Positions 13,790-25,035 of a DNA stretch of 64,000 nucleotides are shown piece after piece. How positions within the stretch are numbered: the first letter of the stretch is position 1; the number at the start of each line of letters is the position of its first letter. Location: assembly GCF_006345805.1 (NCBI RefSeq), contig NC_043003.1, positions 9,486,001-9,550,000 on the forward strand. The letters are read 5' to 3'. The translations under genes were made by a program, and so were the position numbers. The notes under the pieces are model-generated. The model did no database searches, was not told where the DNA came from, and saw nothing but the letters and a program-made list of their open reading frames with translations. The DNA is from Octopus sinensis (Eukaryota).

Positions 13790-14410
13790 TGAGCATACAA
13801 ACCTCAGAAACTGTCAGAAAGTTTAAATACCCAGCATGAAGGATACACGACAGAAATCTTCAACGGCAGTGCTCACAAAACTTAAGCCAATCTGGAAAAG
13901 TGAGAATATTAGGATATTAGGCTCTCCACAGAATTCAGAGAGATGCGATCATTTCTGGTTCCTATGTTTCTGTATAACCGCGAGGCTTGGAAATTAACAG
14001 TGGAACTGGAAAAAAATAAGCGCAATGGAAATGGGATGCTACAGACGGCTCCTAGTTATCTAGTACAAAGAATACGTAACAAATAACAAATAAAGGATGA
14101 AAACAACCCTGGTTATTCGACCACACAATGGTCTGCTGACACTTGCAAAGGCACAAAAGCTGAAATGGTATGGCCATGTCACCAGAAGGTCCGGCCTAGC
14201 AATGAAAATCCTGCGAGGCGCAGTGAAAGGTGGACGAAAGCAAGCCAGGCCAAGACAAAAAGAGCTTGTAACATCAAACAGTGGACAGACCTCAATTTCA
14301 GCGACTCACAGAGGGTAACAGAAACCTGAAAGAAGTGGCGAAATCTGGTTGTGATGTCATCAGCGAATGTCCCAACGACCACACAGTACAGGGATAGGTT
14401 AAGATGGGAT
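13790..14410 (+). mobile_element. RTE (Bov-B-like) LINE 3' fragment, decayed
   Basis: KLKWYGHVTRRSGLAMKILRGAVKGGRKQARPR matches the RTE C-terminal W.GHV.R..I..G...G.R..GRP pattern; frameshifts upstream. Confidence 0.82.
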
Positions 14411-14721
14411 TAATATAAGTTAATTTTCTGATAATCTTTCCTTTAAGTTAAGACACACGATGAAATTAGTTACGAATTATGGCGTAATAGTAAGGAAATT
14501 AAATGTGTCTTATTGGTGAAATAGATTAAAGGTGGGATTTAATTATTCTTTATCATTGGAAAGTACAATATGAAATTGAAAAGAAGACAAACACTTAAAA
14601 CATGTACAATCAGAACAAAAACATGGAGTGTATACGTCTTTCTTTCTGTCTATGTATGTATGTATGTATGTATGTATGTATGTATGTATGTATGTATGTA
14701 TGTATGCATGTATGTATGTAT

Positions 14722-15108
14722 GTTGTAAGAGGCTTACCTACCAACCACATATGTTTCCGGGTTCAGTCCCACTGCGTGGCATCTTGGGCAAGTGTCTTCT
14801 ACTATAGCCTCGGGCCGACCAAAGCCTTATGAGTGGATTTGGTAGACGGAAACTGAAAGAAGCCCGTCGTATATATGTATATGTATATATATGTGTGTGT
14901 TTGTGTGTCTGTGTTTGTCTCCCCAACATCACTTGACAACCGATGCTTGTGTGTTTACGTCCCCGTAACTTAGCAGTTCGGCAAAATAAACCGATAGAAT
15001 AAGTACTAGGCTTACAAAGAATAAGTCCTGGGGTCAATTTCCCCGACTAAAGGCGGTGCTCCAGCATGGTCGCAATCAAATGACTGAAAAAATAAGAGTT
15101 AAAGAGTA
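14722..15108 (+). mobile_element. SINE family A
   Basis: Body and tail match the other family A copies. Confidence 0.9.
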
Positions 15109-15129
15109 CAATAGTATGTAAGCATGTAT

Positions 15130-15547
15130 AGGTGCAGGAGTGGCCGTGTGGTAAGTAGCTTGCTAACCAACCACATGGTTGCGGGTTCAGTCCCACTGCG
15201 TGGCATCTTGGGCAAGTGTCTTCTGCTATAGCCCCGGGCCGACCAATGCCTTGTGAGTGGATTTGGTAGACGGAAACTGAAAGAAGCCTGTCGTATATAT
15301 GTATGTATATATATGTGTGTGTGTGTTTGTGTGTCTGTGTTTCTCCCCCTAGCATTGCTTGACAACCGATGCTGGTGTGTCTACGTCCCCGCCACTTAGC
15401 GGTTCGGCAAAAAAGACCGATAGAATAAGTACTGGGCTTACAAAGAATAAGTTCCGCGGTCGATTTGATCGACTAAAGGCGGTGCTCCAGCATGGCCGCA
15501 GTCAAATGACTGAAACAAGTAAAAGAGTAAGAGTAAGAGTAAGAGTA
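15130..15547 (+). mobile_element. SINE family A, full-length, tandem to the previous copy
   Basis: GGTGCAGGAGTGGCCGTGTGGTAAG head; (GAGTAA)n tail. Confidence 0.92.
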
Positions 15548-15709
15548 TGTTTGTATGTATGTATATATCGATATATATGTGTTTGTGTATATATATATAT
15601 ATATATATATAACGGGAAGCTTTATGAAAATAGACAAAAGACGAAGGCAGGTGGAAAACAAACAAACAATTGTATTAGTATGGCGCTCAGGAAATATAAA
15701 TAAAACAAG

Positions 15710-15747
15710 TCTTTAACGTTTCGAGCCTACGCTCTTCAACAGAAAGA
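15710..15747 (-). ncRNA. Minimal type-I hammerhead ribozyme motif (CUGUUGA core variant)
   Basis: UCUUU-CUGUUGA-A-GAGC-GUAG-GCUC-GAAAC-GUU-AAAGA; 5-bp stem I and 4-bp stem II pair. Confidence 0.65.
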
Positions 15748-15904
15748 TACACAGAGAGAAAAAAAACACAGAAAGGAGAGAAAAAAATGCGTGCAGTAAC
15801 TAACGAATCAACATGGCGATCTGATTTCGGCCAGAGGTCAAAGATCAAGCATGAGACGCGAGAGCGAAATAAGGGGAGATAACAGGGTTGATAATAGGGT
15901 TGAA

Positions 15905-16262
15905 TGACCAGCTATTAGTGCGTAGGAGGGGTCTGGACGTGTGTATGTATAGGGTTGGTGTATGTATTAGTATGTATTAGTATGTATAAGGGTGTGTGTG
16001 TGTGTATGAGAGAGTATTAGTGCGTAGGATAGTCTGGACGTGCGTATGTATGGGGTTGGTGTATGTATTAGTATGTATTAGTATGTATTAGTATGTATTA
16101 GTACGTATTAGTATGTATAAGTGTGTGTGTATGAGAGAGTATAAGTGCGTATGAGGGGTCTGGACGTGTGTATGTATAGGGTTGGTGTATGTATTAGTAT
16201 GTATTAGTATGTATTAGTACGTATTAGTATGTATTAGTTGGTGTATGTATTAGTATGGCACA
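15905..16262. repeat. About 3 tandem units of roughly 115-125 bp containing (GTATTAGTAT)-type subrepeats, inside the PLE 3' region
   Basis: TAGTGCGTA..GTCTGGACGTG..GGGTTGGTGTATGTATTAGTAT recurs at about 15917, 16018 and 16143. Confidence 0.85.
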
Positions 16263-17826
16263 TCATATATGATATGATGTGTAAAGTCGTGTGGTGTAGT
16301 GAGGAGAAGAGGGGGGAAGGGGAGAAGAGGGGGGAGAAGGGGGAATAAGAGGGGGAGGAGAGGGGGAAGAGGAGAGGAGGGGGAGAAGGAAGGGGAGGAG
16401 GAGGGGGAGGAAGGAGGAAAGAGGGAGAGGGAGAGAGAGAAGGGGAGTGAGGGAGCAGAGGGAAGGGGAAGAGGGAAGGAGGGAGGGAGAAAGAGGGAAG
16501 AAGGGAAGGGGAGTAGGGGTGAAAGGATGAAGGACTGAAGAAGTAGGGGTCGGGGGAAAGGATAGGTGAGGAGGGGGGAGGGGGGTTAGATGAGGAGGGG
16601 GGAGAGTTGAGACCAAATGGCGTATAAGAGCGAAGAGAGAAGATTAATTCCTGTTCACGGCGCAAACGGGAATCCGGATGGCCTCTGTGTAAGGACAAAC
16701 CGAACACAGATAGGTGTTGCAAGGAGTGACCGGTGGAGCGGAAATGGCGTGAGTCCGGTGTGTCGTTCGCAAGGTGGATGTCACGAAGGTGTTCCGCGAA
16801 CCGGTCAGCCAAGCGGCGTCCCGTTTGTCCGATGTACAAGGAATTGCAGAGAGAGCAAGAGACGCAATAGATAATATTGCTGGAGGTGCAGGTGAAGGAG
16901 TGGATGATGGGATAGGGTCGATGGTGGGTGCTAGTGAGGCGGGTGGTGTTGGAGAGGTAAGGGCAAGTGCGGCAACGTGGGCGGGAGCAGGGGAACGAGC
17001 CGGGCTGGGAGGTAGGGTCAGGGAAGGAGCTATGGACCAAAAGGTCTCGAAGGTTGTGGGCTCGTTTGAAAGAGGGGAGGGGTCGGTCAGGGAAGAGGTG
17101 TGAAGTGGACGGGTCGGACTGGAGATGACGGAAAGCTCGAAGAATGGTGCGTTGGAGACGTAGGGTCGTGGGGTGGTAAGTGAGGGGAAAAGGGAGGCGG
17201 GAGACTACAGGGCGGGTTCGGGGAGAGAGAGCAGATACACGGTCCACGGACCGTGCTCTGGCAAGGGCGGTGTGGATAGTGGTGAGGGGGTATCCACGTA
17301 GGGTGAAGTGGTGAGCCATACGTTGAGACTGAGTCTCAAAGTCATGGTCGTCACTACAGAGCCTACGTAGACGGAGGAATTGGGAATAGGGGATGGAAAG
17401 CTTGGTGTGTTCTGGGTGGGAGGAAGAGAAGTTGAGGTATGTGTGTGAGTCTGTGTGTTTGTAGTGAATGGAGGTGGTAAGAGTGGAGTGAAGAATGCTA
17501 ACCGAAATGTCGAGGAAGGAGACAGAGGTGTTGGAGATAGTGGAAATGAAGTGGAGGGCTGGATGGAAAGATTGGACGAAAGAGAGGAAGGAATCTAGAT
17601 GTTCACGGGAGAGTGAGGTGGCACCGATAATGTCGTCAATGTAACGACCATATAGTTCAGGAGTGGGACCAGTGAAATTAGAGAATATTTGGGCCTTAAC
17701 ATAGCCAACGAACAGGTTCGCATAGTTGGGGCCAATTCGCGTTCCCATGGCCACTCCCGAGACCTGATGGTAGAACTCGCCCGCGAACGAGAAGCAGTTC
17801 AGAGTAAGGACAAGTTCGGCCAGACG
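16234..17826 (-). CDS. PLE reverse transcriptase (C-terminal half) + GIY-YIG endonuclease; open, N-terminus missing
   Basis: Frame open from RLAELVLTLNCFSFAGEFYHQVSGVAMGTRIGPNYANLF; YGRYIDDI catalytic motif; linker CSRPRCRTC; NIIYCVSCSLCNSLYIGQTGRRLADRFAEH; Pro/Ser low-complexity read-through tail. Confidence 0.92.
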   Translation of the reverse strand, partial: RLAELVLTLNCFSFAGEFYHQVSGVAMGTRIGPNYANLFVGYVKAQIFSNFTGPTPELYGRYIDDIIGATSLSREHLDSFLSFVQSFHPALHFISTISNTSVSFLDISVSILHSTLTTSIHYKHTDSHTYLNFSSSHPEHTKLSIPYSQFLRLRRLCSDDHDFETQSQRMAHHFTLRGYPLTTIHTALARARSVDRVSALSPRTRPVVSRLPFPLTYHPTTLRLQRTILRAFRHLQSDPSTSHLFPDRPLPSFKRAHNLRDLLVHSSFPDPTSQPGSFPCSRPRCRTCPYLSNTTRLTSTHHRPYPIIHSFTCTSSNIIYCVSCSLCNSLYIGQTGRRLADRFAEHLRDIHLANDTPDSRHFRSTGHSLQHLSVFGLSLHRGHPDSRLRREQELIFSLRSYTPFGLNSPPSSSNPPPPSSPILSPDPYFFSPSSFHPYSPSLLPSFSLPPSLFPFPLLPHSPSLSPSPSFLLPPPPPPLPSPPPLLFPLSSPSYSPFSPLFSPSPLFSSLHHTTLHIISYMMCHTNTYTN

Positions 17827-18283
17827 TATGTATGAAAGGGAGGGAAAACTACAAATATTAGTACACTTTTCAAGACAGGATTGTCATGGGGAACTTTGCA
17901 CTAAGTTAAATGAACGATAAATTGCGCCCCCGTAGTTTCTTTTGGGTCAGAACAGAATTGAAAAAACGAGAGAATGGCGTTGGCAGATTTTATTTGTATC
18001 ATGTACATCCTTGTCATTGAGTATCTCTGTAGATTTTAATCAAGCAGAGCTGCTGTAGATATAATCATCTCTATTAGAGACACAGCGGCAAAAAAAATTT
18101 AGGGAGGTGTTTTAGTTAATTACATCAATCTCGCACCTCATCAGGTACGTATTTCAATGTAAAACAAAGTTAATTACGGCGGAATTTCAACTGTCCGCGT
18201 GTCTCTGTCTACCTTCTATTTATACATGTATACTCACACACACACACACACACACACTCACACACACACAAACACACACACAT

Positions 18284-18329
<46 letters not shown>

Positions 18330-19039
18330 GTATATTTGTGCGTATGTGTGTATATGTACAAGTATGTTGGCAGTGACAGAATTATATAGAGTCTTAATTG
18401 CTTGATCTTACATGTATATTAGATTACACCTCGTTAAATGTTAACTTCAGTAAATCTATTAGTACTAATTTTAATATCTAACATTTTCCTCTGGTAGAAC
18501 AAATGAGAACAAATTTTTTTTAAAATTAGATTGCACACACAAAAGTGCTGTACATTTACAAAAATGTTACTGAGCGTAACGTCTGGGATAACAAAAACAT
18601 AAACAAACAAAAAGCCAAAAAAATCCAAAATGGCCATATAACAAATAAACACAAAAAAAAACAAAAAAACAAAACAAAAACAAACAGGAATGAAAATAAA
18701 ACTACTCTCAGTTCCATTTTCACCGATAGAATGAATGGAAAATTTTGAAAGCAAGTTAGCATAAGTATTATTTTTCATCTTTAAGTATATATATTTGTTT
18801 TGCAAGATTCGTGATGTGAGAAGCGTGTGTTGAAACAGATATTGTTGTTCTTTGCGATGACCGTATTTGCCAATGAAGCACAAGGATCATGTGATTTTAA
18901 CTTTAGTTTTATTATTCTAATTTTAATTGTTAGTTTATTTCTTTAGTTACACATTGTGTGACTTTTTCAACGACTCTCTGTCCCATTTGTGTCCTCTTGT
19001 CCTGCCTATTCCATTTTTGCAAAGGAAAGAACGAAAGTA

Positions 19040-19293
19040 CCCGGCAACAGGATAAGCTCTCTCTCTCTCTCTCGCGCGCGCGCACACACACACGTGTGAC
19101 CTCGTGAATACTACCTGCAATTTTTTTTCCTCTGTCCTCCCGTCTCGGGATCTTTCTTTCTCCTATGTTTCCGACGAAGAGCTCCGCTCGAAACGTCAAA
19201 CCCTCCTTCTTCCCTTCTTTCCTGAGCGTCCAATAATACTTTATTTGTTCCACATCTTTGCGTTGTTGTCTTTTTGTTTTCTTGTTTGGATTA

Positions 19294-19300
<7 letters not shown>
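19040..19300 (+). mobile_element. Solo PLE pseudo-LTR with hammerhead motif
   Basis: Homologous to 33290-33540; ends in (TA)n. Confidence 0.75.
19167..19201 (+). ncRNA. Minimal hammerhead ribozyme motif (CCGACGA core variant)
   Basis: GUUU-CCGACGA-A-GAGC-UCC-GCUC-GAAAC-GUC-AAAC; GUC cleavage triplet, 4-bp stem I. Confidence 0.68.
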
Positions 19301-19329
<29 letters not shown>

Positions 19330-20039
19330 CATACATACCTACATACAAACACGTGTCTGCGTGTGTATGTGTGTGTTTGTGTTTTGGGCTTATAACAAGT
19401 GATTCTCTTGAGAATCCCAGTGTAAATCATAAATCCCCTTCTCAGTAGAAGTTCCAGATTCTTTAACAGTATTATGTTAACAGCCGTAGTTGGTGCGTTG
19501 TGCATCATCGGTATAACCTATTTCTAGCATTACAACATTTCTCTGGCAACGATAAGTTTTCTAATTGACATTTAACTTTAACTCAAGGAGAACGATATTA
19601 AACGCAGCAATATATAAGGCGTATCTTGATATTCTTTTAGCAAAGTACCGTGGATTCCCTGACAGTAACGTCTAAAAAACAGGGGGCAGCGTACCTAAAG
19701 ATATGTATTTGCAAATGAGATCTGAAACGGGAACTTTGGGTTGCACTATTTTTGTCATTATTCAATATGCATATTAATGGTTTACGTTTCTCTGGCAATC
19801 GCAGAATGACAGAGCAAAGGTCGAAATTGTGGGCTATAAGTACGTCATCAGCCGAAACCTTGAAGCATTTATAATTCCAACACTTATTGTTGTATTTAAC
19901 ACGGGTCAATAATTCTTGTATGAAAGTTACGCCTATCATTACATATCCTGAAATGAAACCTGCTTAAAGTGAATTGGCTTGGAAACTTTTTGAGTACATC
20001 AGCAAATTTGCTATTTGTTGCTTAAATATAAGACCAGTA

Positions 20040-21000
20040 GTTCCTACAGGGCTGTGAACAATTCATTCGATGTTCATCGATAATGAAGCAGGACGACGCA
20101 GAAGCCCGTGCCCTGCAGTTTGACGATGTCATACACAGTCAGTCGGTGTGTTTTTCACACTCATTTTATAACGATAGGTTCTCTCCCGAGACAATTTCTG
20201 ACGTTTCAGTAAACAATGAACTGGTTATATATAATCATACACACTTATATTTTAATCGATAATACGCAGTACTCTTCTAGCTAATTCACTTCAGCTTGAA
20301 GCTTTGCGCACATCAACAAATATACTATCTAGTGTTTAAATATAAAAAAACGGTAGATCTTAGTGGGCTGCGAGCAGCAGATTCGGTGCGCGTAGCTAAT
20401 GAAGCGTTATGACGCGGAAGCACGTGTTCTGCGATAGGACATCGTCAGTCATAACCCACACACATATGCATACACACACATGTGTCTTCCTAACACATCT
20501 TTATATATAAAAGTCAAGGTGTGTGTCTGTCTCCTACGATTTAGATTCCTAACTACTCCCACATTTTGCGGTGCAGTTTAACCAAAGCCGGGTATCTTAT
20601 AGTCGTGATTCATATCGAGCTCTTCTGGGTATTAGCGCGCGTCTACGATGAGTCTACGATTTAAAAAAAAAATTTACCATATTTTTTCCATTTTAATAAT
20701 GCATTTTTTCGCTATTATATAAGGGAAGTAACTCTCTAAAAATGTCTACGATGAGTCAACGATTTAAAAAAAAAATTACCATAGTTTTTTTTCCATTTTA
20801 ATGCATTTTTTTGCTATTTTTTGGCTATAACTCTCTAAAAATGCTTATATAGTTATTTCCCTTACAAACCCGAGCAACGCCGGGCGATACTGCTAGTTGT
20901 CTATAAAGAGAAATTCTCTCCCGAGAGATATTCCGCAGCGAAGATCATAACGTTTGAACGTACACGACAGTCATAAAATACGATTTGTACTTTATATTTT
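20040..21000. promoter_or_regulatory. Possible CpG-enriched promoter or enhancer region
   Basis: Locally many CpG; CGGAAG next to CACGTG at about 20415-20427; TCTCCCGAGA twice (about 20182 and 20917); interrupted by a Helitron. Confidence 0.25.
20498..20896 (+). mobile_element. Non-autonomous Helitron, about 400 bp
   Basis: A|TCTTTATATATAAAAG...CCCGAGCAACGCCGGG...CTAG|T; internal duplication of about 75 bp. Confidence 0.9.
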
Positions 21001-21258
21001 AATAATGCTGGTCGGTGCACCTCTAGATAATGGGTGTGGTATACGGGATGTTAATGCGTGCAAGTAGTCGGAAGAGGGTAGGTGGTGTACTCTTTCTCAC
21101 CCACAACTGACCACAGGTATTCTTATAAACACACCCGTGCCGATACCGTCACCGAACAGACAGTTTGAACCTGACACCATGAACTTGTCAGTTACCTGAA
21201 CAATAGCTTTCTTGATCTTAACTTTTGATAGGGATTGCTTTGCTAGTCGTGCACTCGC

Positions 21259-21261
<3 letters not shown>

Positions 21262-21289
<28 letters not shown>

Positions 21290-21476
21290 CTTCTTCTTCT
21301 TCTTCTTCTTCTTCTTCTTCTTCGTCGTCGTCGCGTTCTCTTCTTCGTTCTTTCTTCTTCTTCTTCTTCTCTTCTCTTCTCTTCTTCTTCTTCTTCTTTC
21401 CTCTTCCTCCTTCTTCTTCGTCGTTCGTCTCTTATTTCTTCTTCCTTCTCTTCTCTTTCCTCCCTCATCTGCTTCT
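21262..21476. repeat. (CTT)n and degenerate pyrimidine repeat running into the gap
   Basis: Read directly. Confidence 0.95.
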
Positions 21477-21576
21477 NNNNNNNNNNNNNNNNNNNNNNNN
21501 NNNNNNNNNNNNNNNNNNNNNNNNNNNNNNNNNNNNNNNNNNNNNNNNNNNNNNNNNNNNNNNNNNNNNNNNNNNN
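21477..21576. other. Assembly gap (100 N)
   Basis: Run of N. Confidence 1.
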
Positions 21577-22018
21577 TATATATTATATATATATATATAT
21601 AACATAATACATACATACATACATACATGTTTGTGAACACATGTATGCATAGATACATTAGTAGACAGACACAGCATGACCAAGGTTATAGTTTGATCAT
21701 TTTGTAAACATGGGCAGCATAGATGTAGAAGTATGGCTGCCTCTTGGAACAGCTGGTAACACATCTCTCCGTTACATAATGGTATTATTCGATAAGTGTT
21801 TTACTTCTCTCGGGTACGTCCAACCATAGTTTCGAACACATTATATGAATCAAGCGATGATGTTCCTGAAACCTTTTAAAGTGAAGAAAGCCTTGCTCAG
21901 GGACAATCCCACTCTATAAACAACATATGCATTCGCTCAAAAGGATGTATTAGTCTACATAATTGGATGCAAAGAGGTCGCATGCGTCATAGCGGAGTTT
22001 ACATTCTTCTAGATAGAT

Positions 22019-22222
22019 AAGGCGGCGAACTGGCAGAAACGTTAGTACACCGGGTGAAATCCTTAGCGATATTTTGTCTGTCATTACTATCTGAGTTAAA
22101 TTTCCCCCGAGGTCGACTTTGCCTTTCTCTTTTCGTGGTCGATAAATTAAGTACCAGGTTCGATTTAATCGACTGGCACCCTCTCCCAAAATTTCGGGCC
22201 TTGTGCCTAGAGTAGAAAAGAT
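22019..22222 (+). mobile_element. SINE family B
   Basis: AAGGCGGCGAACTGGCAGAAACGTTAG head plus core. Confidence 0.85.
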
Positions 22223-22466
22223 TCTCTATGATAGATGTTTAAAGAAGACTAGGTGCATCTTTTGCCTTAGCTGTTGGCTGGCTGTTCATGCTACTGATTT
22301 CATCTTCCCTCTGACAAGTTTTACTTTCGTCTTGCAGCGTGTCCAACGAAACCCAGTTTTACCAACCAAACAGGCTTGGTAGTGTTGCCAGTCTGTTCAC
22401 TGACGCCCGACGATGCGACGGGTTGCACAAGATCACTTCTTAATAGTAGTAATAACAGTGAGATTA

Positions 22467-22500
<34 letters not shown>

Positions 22501-22644
22501 AAATAAATTAGAGGTAAAACCACTATTAGGCAAATCAAACGGTGAAAAACATTAACCAAAACATAGAAATAAGATTAATTAATATAATATAGAAAATATA
22601 CAAAATATAAAACTCAAAATTTAAATTATCTGTAATATAATATG

Positions 22645-22811
22645 TGACAATTATTCGGTTGCCTTAATAAAACTCCGAGTTTCGGATGTCGGGGCAGAAC
22701 TCTGCTCTGGCATCTCGTCAGATTGTCTTAATAATTGACGAGATGCCGGAGCATATTTCCGCCCCGACATCCCAAACTCGGAGTTTTATTATGGCAACCG
22801 AATAATTGTCA
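22645..22811. repeat. Palindromic fold-back (about 75-bp arms) of a hammerhead-bearing PLE terminus
   Basis: TGACAATTATTCGGTTGCC...GGCAACCGAATAATTGTCA with a loop of about 15 nt. Confidence 0.85.
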
Positions 22812-22910
22812 AATTCGTCTATTTACATAATATCGAGGTCTCTTTCATTCTTTTGTGTGTCATATTTTACTACTACAATATATATATATATATATATATT
22901 ATATATTATA

Positions 22911-22962
<52 letters not shown>

Positions 22963-22964
<2 letters not shown>

Positions 22965-23363
22965 GCGCAGGAGTGGCTGTGTGGTAAGTAGCTTACTAAC
23001 CAACCACATGGTTCCGGGATCAGTCCCACAGCATGGCATCTTGGGCAAGTGTCTTCTGCTATAGCCCCGGACCGACCAATGCCTTGTGAGTGGATTTGGT
23101 AGACGGAAACTGAAAGAAGCCTGTCGTATATATCTCTCTATATATATATGTGTTTGTGTGTCTGTGTTTGTCCCCCTAGCATTGCTTGACAACCGATGTG
23201 GTGTGTTTACGTCCCCGTCACTTAGCGTTCGGCAAAAGAGACCGATAGAATAAGTACTGGGCTTACAAAGAATAAGTCCTGGGGTCGATTTGCTCGACTA
23301 CAGGTGGTGTGCTCCAGCATGGCCTCAGTCAAATGACTAAAACAAGTAAAAGAGTAAAAGAGT
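22963..23363 (+). mobile_element. SINE family A, full-length
   Basis: AGGCGCAGGAGTGGCTGTGTGGTAAG head; (AAAAGAGT)n tail. Confidence 0.93.
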
Positions 23364-23587
23364 ATATATATATATATATATAATATATAATATTCGTGAG
23401 GAAAGTGACGGAGAGAAGATATATATATATATCAGCATGGCCCGCCAGCTCTGAGCTGAAACTTTACAATATATATATATATATGTACTGGAACACCCAC
23501 ATGTATATATATGAATCTAAATTATATTACTGTATGCGTTCGTCTACATACATGCATATACAGACACAAACACATATGTATGTTAAG

Positions 23588-23908
23588 AGTTAAACTTAAG
23601 AGTTTATATTTATTGGAAAATGGGGCTAATTCACTTTGTCGGTACTTGCAAAGCAGCAATTAGGGCAGTAGGTATTGATTATGGAATATAATGTGGTCCA
23701 GTATATCGCAGGTCGAAGGGGCCTGGGCTATTGGTGTAAACAGAGACTATCATGTTCAGGTTGTGAACATCAGAAGCAACTGCTCAGCGACATTTATACA
23801 TTCGATGGTAATGGCTTGTCGGTGATCCTTGAGCTTTCACGTGGTTGCTAAGGAATTAAATGGAGGTTCTAACGTTCCGAGTTTTGAATAGCATTGTATG
23901 AAAGAGAA
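23588..23908 (+). pseudogene. Decayed exon-like segment A (possible YWTD-like propeller), frameshifted
   Basis: Homologous to 25380-25700 on the minus strand; LNLRVYIYW..IDY..YIAGRRGLGY.GVNRDYHVQVVNI; followed by GTAAGA. Confidence 0.35.
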
Positions 23909-24645
23909 GTAAGAAGAATAAGAAGCCCTATTTAAAAATCTGGTCGAGAGTAACTTCTGTTTTCTAGCTGTTAGTTTCACAATACTTATTTTCCATAGTT
24001 GATATTTTGATTCATATCTTTGTGCCTTTTTAGCCACGTGTTTATTATTTCACTTCTTGTGTGTCTCTTTCATGTTTCAGAATCGTATTCTTTTGTGTGT
24101 TATTGTGTGTCGATACTTATGTGCATACATACATACATACATGCATACATACATACATACATACATACATACATACATACATACATACATACATACATAC
24201 ATACTTACACACATACACGCATATATGTATATCGGTCAATCAGTATCTATTATTCAAATTTCAAAAGAGAAATTAGAATAATAGGGATACACCCCTGCCC
24301 CACATATTTATACATATATATCGAAATATGTTTAAAGGTGTGAAGAATGACGTCAGTGGTGTCACAGTATTCAGTGAAGTTGAATAAGCATTTAACAAAT
24401 CTACGTAAATTGAATGTTTTGTTTGATAAAGAAGAATGTTGCCTATTATAGACATTAGTTCGTATAAAGAACACTTAATGAATAATAGAAGGTTTTATAA
24501 GTATACAAACAAGGCTTATAGGTTTAGTAATTTAGAACCAGGCAAAGAATTAGCAGCTAACACAAATGGTAGATGTCAGATAAGAATATCTGCTATCGCA
24601 GCCCTCTTTTATTTCTCTTAAATGTCATAAATACAACTTGCTAGT

Positions 24646-25035
24646 GGATGGATGAAAGCACTCCGTCGGTTACGACGACGAGGGTTCCGGTTGATCCGAA
24701 TCAACGGAACAGACTGCTCGTGAAATTAACGTGTAAGTGGCTGAGCACTCCACAGACACGTGCACCCTTAACGTAGTTCTCGGGGATATTCAGCGTGACA
24801 CAGAGAGTGACAAGTCCGGCCCCTTGAAATACAGGTACAACAGAAACAGGAAGTAAGAGTGAGAGAAAGTTGTGGTGAAATAGTACAGCAGGGATCACCA
24901 CCATCCCCTGCCGGAGCCTCGTGGAGCTTTAGGTGTTTTCGCTCAATAAACACTCACAACGCCTGGTCTGGGAATCGAAACCGCGATCCTATGACCGCGA
25001 GTCCGCTGCCCTAACCAATGGGCCATTGCGCCTCC
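24646..25035 (-). mobile_element. SINE family C (tRNA-Arg-like head, resembles octopus OR-type SINEs), full-length, young
   Basis: Head GGAGGCGCAATGGCCCA.TGGTTAGGGCAGCGGACTCGCGGTC..GGTTTCGATTCCC; 13-bp TSD ACAACTTGCTAGT at 24633-24645 and 25036-25048. Confidence 0.93.

Larger units (their letters stand above)
15611..17829 (-). mobile_element. Penelope-like retroelement, 5'-truncated, with 3' pseudo-LTR ending in (TA)n
   Basis: RT + GIY-YIG ORF, repeat-rich 3' region, hammerhead-bearing terminal repeat at about 15611-15800. Confidence 0.92.

Noticed and set aside
15880-16190. TAGGGTT telomere-like motifs
   Set aside because: Only isolated single motifs inside PLE tandem units; no (TTAGGG)n array
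19835-19865. CTGATGA next to GTTTCGG on the - strand (hammerhead-like)
   Set aside because: Elements are in the wrong order and there is no GAAA after a stem II
21097-21764. Poly-Arg, poly-Lys, poly-Leu and poly-Phe ORFs
   Set aside because: They arise from the (CTT)n repeat and read through the N gap
24436-24621. YRFSNLEPGKE resembles a fibronectin type III motif
   Set aside because: The following Y.V.V strand and the upstream Trp are missing, and there are no supporting splice sites
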